From the NCBI RefSeq assembly GCF_000143415.4, contig NW_003314329.1, positions 329,421-393,420 of the forward strand: a DNA stretch of 64,000 nucleotides, in the 5' to 3' direction. This DNA comes from Selaginella moellendorffii (taxonomy: Eukaryota; Plantae; Lycopodiophyta). This document shows, piece after piece, positions 9,892 to 20,934 of the stretch (position 1 is its first letter; the number at the start of each line of letters is the position of its first letter). The position numbers were made by a program, and so were the translations under genes. The notes below the pieces were generated by a model. It had not been told where the DNA came from. It did not search any database and saw only the letters and a program-made list of their open reading frames with translations.

Positions 9892-11324
9892 ATGGCCACG
9901 CGCAATCGCACAGCTCTGTTTCGCAAGTACCGCACTGCCCTACAGCAAGTGCGGCCAGCGTCAGCGTCCACGTCGGCACAAGGCGCTGTCGTGGAGCTCT
10001 CCAATGCGCCCCTCCTGCGAGGGGCTGCTTCCGGATATAACAGGCTCAGCACGGTGGACGTGGATGGCTCCAGGTAGAATTTTTTTTCTGGATTTCTTTG
10101 CTCGATCCAACTCAAACTTCTTCTTCGTTTTTTTCTTTTCTTGTTGTGCTTGATCTCCACCAGGGAAGGTGTTGTATCGGTGGGATTGCCACCGCCTTGG
10201 GTTGATGTCTCGGAAGAAGTTGCAATCGACATGCAGAAGATCCGGTCCAAGATGGGAGAGTTGGCCAAAGCTCATGCTCGAGCGCTCATGCCTACGTTTG
10301 ATGACATCAAAGGTAAAGGCCAAGAACACAACATAGAATTGATGAGTCAAGACATAACCAGACTGCTTAAGAAATGTGAACAAAAGCTGAGGCAGCTTTC
10401 TCAGGATCGAGGACACTCGGAAGACATGAAGCTGCGTGTGAATGTGCAGGTTTGTATTCTTTCTTCTTTTTCTTGGATTCTGGTGGACCAACATGTGTTG
10501 CTGTGAGCAGAGATCTCTGGCGACCGACCTCCAAACGTTGTCCGTTGAGTTTCGCAAGCATCAGAAAGGCTACTTACAGCGTTTGCAGCAGCAGCAGCAG
10601 CAAGAGGTCAGTCAGTGCTTTTTTTTTCTCTCTGGATCGCATTTTAGCTCACGGTGTTGGTGCTTTCTTTCTTGGCTTTGCAGCGTGCATCCATCACTGC
10701 GTCATACGAGCGGGGAAAAGAGGACGAGTTTTATGACCCGGTAAGCTCTCGCGCTTGTTTACTTTCTGGTTTTTCTCTAAACTGAAAGGTGGACTGGCTT
10801 GTTCCAGGGATTCAACGAGCAACAAATGTCCCGGCTCAAGAAGGCCGAGGTGCTGAGCGAGGAACGGGAGAAGGAAGTCCAACAGGTACTCTACTCATTG
10901 CGTTGTTTGGGAAAAAGTTTTCTAATGCAGCTGGTCTGTGCAGATAATGGAGTCTGTGAACGATCTCGCGCAGATCATGAAAGACCTCTCCACGCTTGTA
11001 ATCGATCAGGTATGCGTGTGGTATCAGGAGCTTAAGTTCTCAATCGATTATTTTCTTTGAAAAAACTCAGGGAACTATAGTCGATCGAATCGATTACAAC
11101 GTCCAACAAGTGGCCACCTCGATCGAGCAAGGAGTCCGAGAGCTAGAACAGGTTTGTTGGATCTCTCGCTTTTCATTCTCGCAACGCTAAGATCTTCTTC
11201 TTGTGTCAATGAACAGGCCGAAAGAACGCAAAAAAAGGGAGACATGGTTTTCTGCGTCATGGTTTTGATCGCACTGTGCGTCTTCATGATATGCGTGCTC
11301 ATTTTCAAGAAGCTCGTCTTGTAG
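9892..11324 (+). CDS. SYP4: TGN Qa-SNARE syntaxin SYP41/42/43 (Tlg2/STX16 type; multi-exon)
   Basis: N-peptide MATRNRTALFRKYR; GLPPPWVDVSEE; SNARE motif IMESVNDLAQIMKDLSTLVIDQGTIVDRIDYN; C-terminal transmembrane segment. Confidence 0.92.
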
Positions 11325-11412
11325 CCTAGGACAAAAGAAGTGAGCTCCAAATTTTTTGGAATAAAAAAGAGGGAACAGAAGATTTAGGGTTTGTTCATGC
11401 GCCTTGCCCGCG

Positions 11413-12346
11413 ATGGCGGACGATGCGATTCGCTACGAGAGCTACAAAGGCGAGGAGCAGCTGCCGCTGGTGATGAGTCTCGTCGACAGCGAGCTGAGCG
11501 AGCCCTATTCCATCTTCACGTATCGGTATTTCATCACTTTGTGGCCAAATCTCTGTTACCTGGTAAGAAATTCGCCTCTAGAATTTCAAAGCTATCGATA
11601 TGATCGTGGAAATCGTCTCATCGTAGGCTTTCGACAAGGACAAATGCGTGGGCACTATAGTGTGCAAGATGGGGCACCATAGAAACTCCTTTCGCGGTTA
11701 CATTGCAATGCTGGTGGTGATCACGGCGTACCGAGGCAAAGGCATAGGTTTGTAAGAACAAAAGAATTGGCAAAACAAGCGCGATGCTTCCTTCTTTTTC
11801 TCTTGGTTTTCCCAGCCACGGAGCTTGTGACGAGGTGCGTATCGGTGATGCGGGACTCAGGGTGTGACGAGGTTAGTGGAGACTTCTCTTTCGACTTCTC
11901 TTCCTTTTCTTTTTCTAAATTGTTCTTTGTGTGTGTGTGTGTGTGTCGTGGATCATGGACAACTATGCATCACTATCAATTCTCATAGTTTTTTGTTCTT
12001 TCAGGTGGCGCTCGAGGCAGAAGTGAGCAACGTAGGAGCACTCGCGTTGTATGGAAATCTCGGTTTCCTGCGAGCCAAGCGGCTGGACAAGTACTACCTC
12101 AACGGAGTCGACGCCTTCCGCTTGAAGCTGCGGTTTCCCAGGCCCGATTCAGCGCTACTGGACGAAGCCGAGCAGTCTTACGAAGTTTACAGCGACGACC
12201 ACTCGCACTCGCACTCGTGCTGTTCTCACGACCATCACCATCACTCGCACGGCCATCACCATCACGGTCACGAAATCGAGGAGCACGGACATGGACACTG
12301 CTCGCATCACCACCACCACGGCCACGAACACCCGGGCTGCTGCTAG
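11413..12346 (+). CDS. NAA30: N-alpha-acetyltransferase NAA30/MAK3 (NatC catalytic subunit) with His/Cys-rich tail
   Basis: [13 protein letters not shown]; [16 protein letters not shown]; [41 protein letters not shown]. Confidence 0.92.
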
Positions 12347-12485
12347 TCGTGCTGCCAATACAAGTGTCGAGGTAAGAGAAAAGGGAGAAAAATCATAGAA
12401 AAGTTTTGGTATTGTCAATCTTTTTATATAGCTACTTACAATGTGTACAGGACTTCGTGCTGCGTTGCGTTGCATTGCTTTGCGT

Positions 12486-13940
12486 TTAGCAGCGCCAGGC
12501 AGAGGCTGCAAACAGGGTACGCGACTGCCAACCGAGCGTCAGGCAACCGGCAGTCTCTTGGATGGTGTGACCACCCCCTGGGAAAATGGTCAAGAAGGTG
12601 GCAGCCTGGTTGTAAGCATTGGACCCGAGGTGCCTCGGTTTGAAGCCCATGCCGGACATCCGCCGAGTCCACTGCTCCAGCCGCTCGTGCCTCTCGACTC
12701 GGGCTCTGCCTTCGCACGCAAGGATGTTGACGATCTCTCGGCCCAGGTGGGCTTCGGACTCGAGAACCGCTTGCTCCACTTGACCGAACTGCTGGTAGAT
12801 TGAATCGAAGATGGCGGAGTAGTAGTGCAGGCACTCGTTGAAGCGGTTGTCGAAGTCGGGGCTGTTGTGGCTGGCATCCTGCTCGAGCAGCGTGAAGATC
12901 TTGGGAGACAGGCGTCTCACCGATGCCAGGACCGAGTCGAGGCTATCGTCAACGAGGCGGTGAAGGTGTAGCATGGAGTTTACAGCCAGAGCCTCGCCGG
13001 GGTAGACCAGGACGGAGGCGATGGAGTTGACGGTCTGGAACTGGAGATCGACGCCTATACTAGCCGCGAACCGAGCGAGCCTGTTTCCAGTGTGGTGGAC
13101 TTGGAACTGGAGGTGGTCGGGGGCGATGGCGGTCAAGCGGAGGGACGGAGGTCCCCCGGGCCGGATAGCCAGCATCTGGATGAGCGGCGGCCACTGGACA
13201 CCCAGCCCAAACTCGAAGTCGATGATGTGCACGCTCCGCTCCTCCTCGAGCTCCTCGTACATGGCCTGGTTGGCGGTGAAGTGGCCGAACTTGAGGAAGG
13301 GACAGGTCCGGTAGAAGCTCTCGAGGAATGCTGGATCGGCTTCCTCGGCTTGCGCTGCTGGGAGAGAACCAAAGAGGATCCGGCGAGAGAGACCCTCGAC
13401 GAAGTAAGCAGCCACTCGGCCGATAGCTCCAGCGCTGTCACCCATGGAGAGTAGCAGCATGCGGATCTGGTCGAGAAACTCCTCGGCCTTGGCAGACTTG
13501 TCATCCTCTCGGCCAAGGCAGGCCCCGCAAGCGAAGAGCAAATGGATGAGCTTGAGCCCGTTTGCCTCTTGGTCGTCCTGCTGCTCGTCATCGGGCTGGG
13601 TGTGGATCATGTGGAGAGGCAGCGCGTTGGTGGTGGTGGTGGTGGTGGCGATCCTGCTCGAGTCGTGAGGACAAGAGATAAGCAGAGATGGCGGCGAGGG
13701 GCTGCTGCTGGTGTTATCTTGCTGCGAGTCTAGCGGACTACCTCGGGTTTGCTGCTCGATGAGGCTGTCGATCCAGCCGGAGATGTCGGATGGGTTGGAG
13801 TGGACCGCGTCCTGATCGAAGCGCTCGACTCCGAGGCTCTCGAGCCGCTCCATTCGATCTGCGAGTTGAGGGAGCTCCGCTTGTGCGACGGCGTAGCCCG
13901 TGTCCGCCAGCATGCTGTCGAACATCGCCCAGTTGCTCAT
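12486..13940 (-). CDS. DELLA-subfamily GRAS protein with diverged N-terminal DELLA/LExLE/VHYNP motifs
   Basis: 484-aa single exon. DSMLADTGY..MERLE..AVHSNPSDISGWIDSL. GRAS core CPFLKFGHFTANQA, VHIID, QWPPLIQ.LA.RPGGPP, RVERHE, SAW. Confidence 0.85.
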   Translation of the reverse strand: MSNWAMFDSMLADTGYAVAQAELPQLADRMERLESLGVERFDQDAVHSNPSDISGWIDSLIEQQTRGSPLDSQQDNTSSSPSPPSLLISCPHDSSRIATTTTTTNALPLHMIHTQPDDEQQDDQEANGLKLIHLLFACGACLGREDDKSAKAEEFLDQIRMLLLSMGDSAGAIGRVAAYFVEGLSRRILFGSLPAAQAEEADPAFLESFYRTCPFLKFGHFTANQAMYEELEEERSVHIIDFEFGLGVQWPPLIQMLAIRPGGPPSLRLTAIAPDHLQFQVHHTGNRLARFAASIGVDLQFQTVNSIASVLVYPGEALAVNSMLHLHRLVDDSLDSVLASVRRLSPKIFTLLEQDASHNSPDFDNRFNECLHYYSAIFDSIYQQFGQVEQAVLESEAHLGREIVNILACEGRARVERHERLEQWTRRMSGMGFKPRHLGSNAYNQAATFLTIFPGGGHTIQETAGCLTLGWQSRTLFAASAWRC

Positions 13941-14171
13941 CTTGCCCCTCGGCTCCTCTCAAAGCTGGAAGAGAGAGAGCGAGCGAGCGAGAAAGAAAAA
14001 GAGAGAGACCGAGAGAGGGGGGGAGCGGTCGCTACGAGATGGGTTAAATGGACGGTGGCGGCCGCGCGCATCGGAGGGAGAGAAGGCTGCCACGTAGATA
14101 ATTCGCGGACAATGTGAATGGGACGGACGAGGGGCATATTCGCCCAGCTTTGAATATTAAGATAATAGAAG

Positions 14172-15896
14172 TTACGAGAGGTAGTTTACGTGGACACCCA
14201 ACCATCCGGTCATGGTGACCACGGACGCAATGTGCTCCCAAAACAGTATCGCGGAGGCTTCTTGCTCGGCGTAACCTTGGAGGCTGGCCACCGCTCCTGC
14301 GAAGATTTGCAGTGTTAGTTCGATCCATTCATCCAAATCCCCCTTCTCACCTGCGAGAATGGAGGTTGGCATCGAGTGCTGGAGCAGCAGCACGAAGCGG
14401 AACATCTTGTTGTTGGGTGGTAGCAAGTTGAGCTTCTCGGCGAGTGAAACCACGGCAATGCCCATTGGAGGCACCAGCACAAGCCTCACCACCGTGATGG
14501 CCAGCGTCGTCTTGAGTCCCAGCTCGGACGCTCCAGGTCCTGGAAACAACAGTGGCGAGTGAGTAAACTAAAGTTCCGGATTCGTATCTCTCCAACCTTT
14601 GACGAGATTCCCTCCGAGGACGAGCATGATGCATGGGATCATGGCTCCACTGATCCACAAGAGCAAGCAGCTTACGAGAAAAACAAAAAATGCCATGCCT
14701 TACCCGAGGATGTTGAGGCTGTCGGAGAGGAAGTAGAACACCGCATCGTCTTCCAGGAAGAGCATCTTGAGGAACGGCGTTGCTCCAAACACCAGTGCCA
14801 GAAGCTGCACAAAATCCACTGTTTCCAGCGACTGAAAGGAGAAAACAAAACACGATCTCTCAACGTACAGATGCTGCAACCGGTGGCTGAAGTATGTCTC
14901 CAATCCTCGCGCTCTGTAGCCACAGCTTGATTCGGGCCACGGCCTGCGACACTTTCCGGCACTGTTGAGAAGATCTCACACAAGAGTCCAGTTGACAACT
15001 TACTTTGCTGTTCGTGGATGGAACAACATTGTCGCTTTCGCTTGCCTCGCTACTGCTGTGATCAACAAGGAGAGACTCTCGCAGCTTGGAGGCTTCTTCC
15101 TCTTCAGAAGCAGGAGGTGCTAGCATCCTGTACACGAACGTGTAGACGATCACTGCCCCCACCTATATACAGAAGTAGAGAAAACATCAGAAGCAAAAAC
15201 AATGGAACATACGCCATGAGCTCTACCAGGAGCAAAACTGGAATACGTACCCACTGTCCATAGGATATATACGCAACGCCGTCAGTGTTGCAAGTGTCTG
15301 GATCGTTGAAGGGGTTGTTCTTGTCCCGGCAAATCGCTCCCACGAGAACCAAAGGTATGTTTCCAATGTTTCCTGCGGGGACATGATTCATGGAGCTCCG
15401 GGATCCAAAAGCAAGCGAGCGAGGAAGAACATACCAATGCCGATCATGACGATGGTGAACTTGAAGAAGCGCGGCGGTGGCTTGATGAGCAGCGCCACGA
15501 GCAGGCCGAGCAAACAGCCCAGTGTGGAGGAGAGAAGCACGTTGACTGGGATGAACCACCTGTTGACAAAAAGGACCACGTAAGTTCCGGAAGTCAGCGC
15601 TTCTTGACTACCATTCCAGCAGCTTCTCTAGGGTCACTGCTGTTCCCAGTTGCGTGAAGATGAGGCACGGCAAGAACACTTGGAAGACGAGCTGGAACAA
15701 GGCAGCCATGGATGGATCTACATGGAGTGGATTGCTTCTCTCTTACCTTGCTCAGCTGCTTACGCGAAGTGGCGTTGAGGATGTTGATGTAGGAGGAGGC
15801 CATGAGCAATCCCAGCGCACACATGACCAGAACTTTGGCGATTGGAAGCACCGAAAACTGGAGCAATCGCGTCAGGGACTCGGGCTGCGCCTCCAT
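14172..15896 (-). CDS. PILS: PIN-LIKES auxin transporter family protein (multi-exon)
   Basis: VLPIAKVLVMC; WWFIPVNV; GNIGNIPLVLVGAIC; YISYGQWVGA; GGAMIPCIMLVLGGNL; FRFVLLLQHSMPTSI. Confidence 0.9.
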
Positions 15897-16296
15897 TGCA
15901 ATGCTCTTCCTTTTTCGACATGAAATTCCTAGACAAAGGCGCTTCCTCTCGCCCTAAACCCGGTCCCAATCGTCGCTCAGACACACTAAAAATCTCTCTT
16001 TTTTTTTTTTTTTTGTCTACAGCGACTCTCCATCCACCCAAGCAAGAGTTTTATACAAACTTAAGCTAACCGTTTATTTGTGTAGCCAAAAAATAGTTCC
16101 AGCCGAGAACATATCTTAGCGTCGATCAATCCGAGAGAAAGAGAATGGAAGGAAAAGAAAGAAAAAACAGAAGAATCGCCCACCATCTGGATGAACGAAA
16201 TAAATGTGTGGAGCGGTGGTGTCACTCGAAACTTGCAAAAAACACCACCATGCACCACCAAAAATCGGCTAGATCGTCTCGACCGCTTCGCTTCGA

Positions 16297-17912
16297 TCAC
16301 GCGCCGCTCGACACCTGCCTTTGGAAGAGCCGTGTAGCATCGTAACAAGCGTCGAGGGGCCGGCACGGAGTAGTGAGGTACAAAGGCACGCTAGCGGCCG
16401 TTGGAGGTGTCGGAGTCATCGTCGTCTTCCCCGATACAATCACCGAGCTCTCAATCCGGTCCCGACCATCACGATCACCACGATGTTTCGATGATCCCAC
16501 TGCCGTGCTCCTATTCTCATCGTCCTCCGCCACCCTGTCCTGGCCATCGTTCAAGAGCCCCTCCAAGAACCCGGTGTCGCTATCGCTGCTGCTCGAGCTC
16601 GTCGTCGTCTGCCACGATCTCCACGATCCCAAGTCGGCGTTGATGCTGCGACGCCCCAGCTTGACCCTCGCAAGGCTGCTTCCCGGCGTCGGCGACACCT
16701 CCTCCTCCTTGTCCACCGCGCTTGCATGCTCAACGATCCACTCGTGATCTGGAACCATCAAACCAAACAAAAGCTTGAGTTTCTTCCCATCGATCAACAA
16801 GAACGAACGAACTCGACGAACGTACTGAGGATTTGAGCCGGAGTGAGGCGCTTGCTGGGATCCTGGCACAGCATCCCGCGAACGAGGCGCTTGACCGAGG
16901 CGGAAAGCTTTGGCCAGGGGTCGCTGGAGAGGTCAAGGTGGCCATAGCGAATAGCATCAAAGATGCCCTCCTCCGTCTCGTCCCAAAACGGTGGGACGCC
17001 ACACAGCATCACGTACAGTACCACGCCCGCGCTCCAAACGTCCACCTCTGGCCCGTACTCGCCCCTCAAAACCTCTGGAGCGATGTAGTACGCGCTGCCA
17101 GCCATGCCCGAGTGCGTCTCGCCTGTAACATTGATCGATCAATCGAAGCGTCAGAACTAGGCAGTGGAAAGAGAACCGCCACCCTCTCTCACTCCACACT
17201 CGAATCTCATCACCACTCCACTAGCACCACCACCAGAGCACCAAGAAATAAAGAAAACGCTGCTCTCACCTGGGTGGAAGTGGACAGCGAGGCCGAAATC
17301 CGCGACTTTGATCCGCGAGTTGCTCGCCGCATCCACCAGCAGGATGTTCTCGGGCTTGAGGTCCCGGTGGATGATCCCGCGCGCGTTGCAGCACTGGATC
17401 ACCTCCACAACCGTCTTGCACACCCGCGCCGCGTCGCGCTCGCAGTACATCTTCCTCTCCACGATCCGGTCGAAGAGCTCGCCGCCCTCGCACAGCTCCA
17501 TCACCATATGGACGGACTCGTCGTCCTCCACCACGTCGCGCAAGCCCACAATGTGTGGATTCCCGGCCAGCTGCTGCATGATCTCGATCTCGCGCTGCAC
17601 GTCGCGCACGTCAGCCGCCGACGTGAGCTTGGCCTTGGCGATGGACTTGCAAGCCAGGCGCTCGCCGGTGGATCTATGGCGGCACAGCCGGATGACGCCG
17701 AATTGGCCCCTGCCCAGCTCCTCGCCCAGCTCGTAGTTGTCGCCGATGCCCTGGTCGCTCGCGCCAGCCACGATTCGGCAGCGCCCACCAGCGCCGCCGC
17801 CACCAGCGCCGCCGCCGGGATGAATGGAGCAAGTGTGGCACAGCACGCGTGGATCTTCACTCTCGGCGCCCAGGAGCAAATCGCACAGGCTCAAGCAGCA
17901 AGAGTTGCCCAT
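16297..17912 (-). CDS. CDPK-superfamily Ser/Thr kinase without EF-hand domain (PEPRK-like; 3 exons)
   Basis: [59 protein letters not shown]-terminal MGNSCC. No EF-hand motifs in the tail. Confidence 0.85.
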
Positions 17913-18744
17913 CCGAGGAGCAACACCGACACGAGATCCACGGATCGGTGCCGCGCATCACAACAGCTGGCTCGCTCGCGCGCGCGCTCCTCCGCCCCTC
18001 TTTCACCCTGCGCCGCTGGCAATCGATTGATGGGGGAGAAGATGGAAAGCCTGGAAAAACGAGTGGAGATTTCTGGCGCGCCCTGCTCGCCTGGATGCGA
18101 TTTGAGAGAGGCGGAGAGACAGAGATCCGTGCAGCTTTCCTCGCGCCTTTCATAGAAGCTGCCACTGGCGCCGAAATCCTTCACTCGGCCATGGCCACAC
18201 ACGCCTGTGTGATTTTTCTTTTGGACTCGGCTCCACGTTCTCGTGACGTGTGGCGATTCCATTGCCACGTCAGCAGTCACGTGGAAAACGACGTCCGTAC
18301 CCTTTTGTGCACTTTTCGGTACAAAATAAGTTTGACTCGAGTTGACTCACAATTGACTCGAGTTGACTTACTGAAAACAAACAATTGTGTGGGTTTGATT
18401 TTTTTTCACTTTGCATTGTTTTTCCACCGACTGGAATTGTAAGCGACCGAAAAGCCAACTGAGTTTGTGGGTCAACTCTGCGTTGAATAAGCGAGCGAAA
18501 AGCCAGCTGAGTTTGTAGGTCAACCCTGCGTTGAATAAGTTTGCTCAACGCATCACTTGACCGGAAGGGCAGCTGGGTAAGTAAGTCCCGCAGACAGCGA
18601 CGCATCGGCAGCTGCGAGACGAAAGGTTCCAATGTGTGCACGTAAGTTCTTCCAGCCAATGTCTTATTGAAAACCTCTTTCTTTCTCTCTTTACCTTTCC
18701 TCTCTCTCGAGAGCCGCAAAGTGAGCGAGCGAGGTAGGACAGCT

Positions 18745-20632
18745 ATGGTGGATTCGAGAATTATGGTGTGGACGTCCATAGCAGGGATCGCCGGAGCTCT
18801 CTGGCTCGTGGCGCTTGTTTACTGGCGATCATGGAGGTTCCGGAAGCTGGAGAGGCTCCCCCCTGGAAGCATGGGATGGCCTCTCATTGGGGAGCTCATT
18901 CCTTACGTGACGATTGCTCGCTCCGAGGCTCCTTACATCTTCCCAATGGAGAGGGAAAAGAAGTACCTATACAATGATCTTGTTGCTGGATTGTGAATGC
19001 TGATATGATCTTTGTGTGGAAAGGTATGGGACGGTGTTCAAGACGAGCTTGCTCACGGGCAAGACGATCATGATCACGGACGTGGAGGGCGTCAAGTTTG
19101 TGCTCCACAACGAGGGGGTGCTGTTTGAGTCTGGCTACCCTCGATCGCTCAAGGACGTGCTGGGAGAGCACGCAATGCTCTTCCAGCACGGCGAGCTCCA
19201 CAAGAGAATGCACGCCATGCTCAAGAGGTTTGTGAGCTCCACGCCTCTCAAGAAGCACCTCACTCGCGAGATGGAGCTCCTGACCAAGCAAGGGATGAGT
19301 ACGTGGAGCAGGGGCACCAAGATCTTGCTCCAGGACGAAATCCAGAGGGTACATTATTCTCCAGCATATATGATCCTCATATAATAATCTTGTAAAACTC
19401 TTGCCAGATCACGCACGACTTTCTGATGAAGCAGCTGTTTGGCCTGGAGCCAGGCAAGCTCTCGGCAACGATCTTCGAGGAATTTAACAGGCTCATGGGG
19501 GGTATAATTGGAATCCCATTGATGATACCAGGGACTCCATACCACCGGGCCATGAAGGTGCTCTGCAAGAACACCCCCTTCTTCATGTTTATTTTGCGTA
19601 GATCTAAGTGACTTTGCTTCCAATCTTTCAGGCACGTAAGAAGCTGACCAAGATCATAAGTGGCATGGTAGCGTTCCGGAGATCTCGGCCAGACATCGAG
19701 CACAAGGACATCCTCAATGCCTTGATCGAGGAGATTAAGCAAGAGGAGAGAGACGCGGACCAGATCATCGTCGACAATGCCCTCATCAACATTGCAAACG
19801 CAGAGGGCATTCCAGCGGTTATCATCGCCTTTGCAGTCAAGAATTTGTCGGAGAATCCCAAAGCTCTGGAACAGATCAGAGTAAGAACTATTCATCCCTG
19901 GCTAACGCTGCATGGAACTCTTGTCTCCAGGAGGAAAATCTCGCGATCCGAAAGGGAAAAGATCCAAGCGAGGGCCTAACATGGAATGAATACATGTCGC
20001 TAGATTTCACTCACGCGGTATATATGCCCATACTTCAGACAAACTTTGTTTCTACGCATTGTTTGAGCGCAGGTTTTCAATGAGACACTCCGCCTGGCAA
20101 ATGGGGCTCAAGGAGTGATGAGAAAGGCACTCAAGGACGTGGAATTCCGAGGTGAAATCTTCCGACTTTTTGGGAAGTGTTACATCATGGTGTTTTCTCT
20201 CTTCCAGGCTATGTGATCCCAAAAGGCTGGACAGTTCTTCCTTATTTTCTCAACATTCACTTCGATGAGAAGATGTTTCCACAGCCCACCAAGTTCCACC
20301 CCTGGCGCTGGTTAGAGGTATTAAGCACTACTTCTCATTCTTGCAACTTTGCAACTTGGTTGCAACAGAGAAGCATTCCATCATCGTATGTGCTGCCGTT
20401 TGGAGGAGGGGCGAGACTTTGCCCGGGACAAGAACTGGCCAAAGTACAAACTGCAGTGTTTCTTCATCACTTTGTGACTCAATTCAGGTCTGTCCAAATA
20501 CCCCATCCTCCGAATTCTCAGTACTTCCTTGGTGCGTATGTGTGTAGATGGGAAGCGGAGCCAGAGAAAGTGATCAACTTCCCAAAGATCAGCACCAAGA
20601 ACCATTTACCAGTGGTGTTACACGATCTATAG
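18745..20632 (+). CDS. Cytochrome P450, CYP85 clan (CYP90-like; multi-exon)
   Basis: N-terminal transmembrane segment followed by LPPGSMGWPLIGE; YGTVFKT; ETLR (ExxR); heme motif PFGGGARLCPG. Confidence 0.88.
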
Positions 20633-20934
20633 ACACTCAAGACAGCTTCTCCATCTCTAGAGTTACTACAAGACTACAATTAATAGTTCGTGTCTGTGGA
20701 TTCACAAGCAGCAAAAGAAAAAAGGAAGCTACAACTTTAAGTCTGTCCGAGTAGTAACTTCTCCACACAGTCGTCAACAAGCAGCAAGGCACTTGTCTAG
20801 CAGAAAAAAAACTTGGCCCGCCAACTTCTGTTCTTGACAGCGAGATCGCGTGTGGTGGGGTCGAGAAATTTCCCATTGAATCGTGAGATCGAGTGTGCCA
20901 GAGCCGAGAAAGTTCCAACGATGAACCAACTTGG

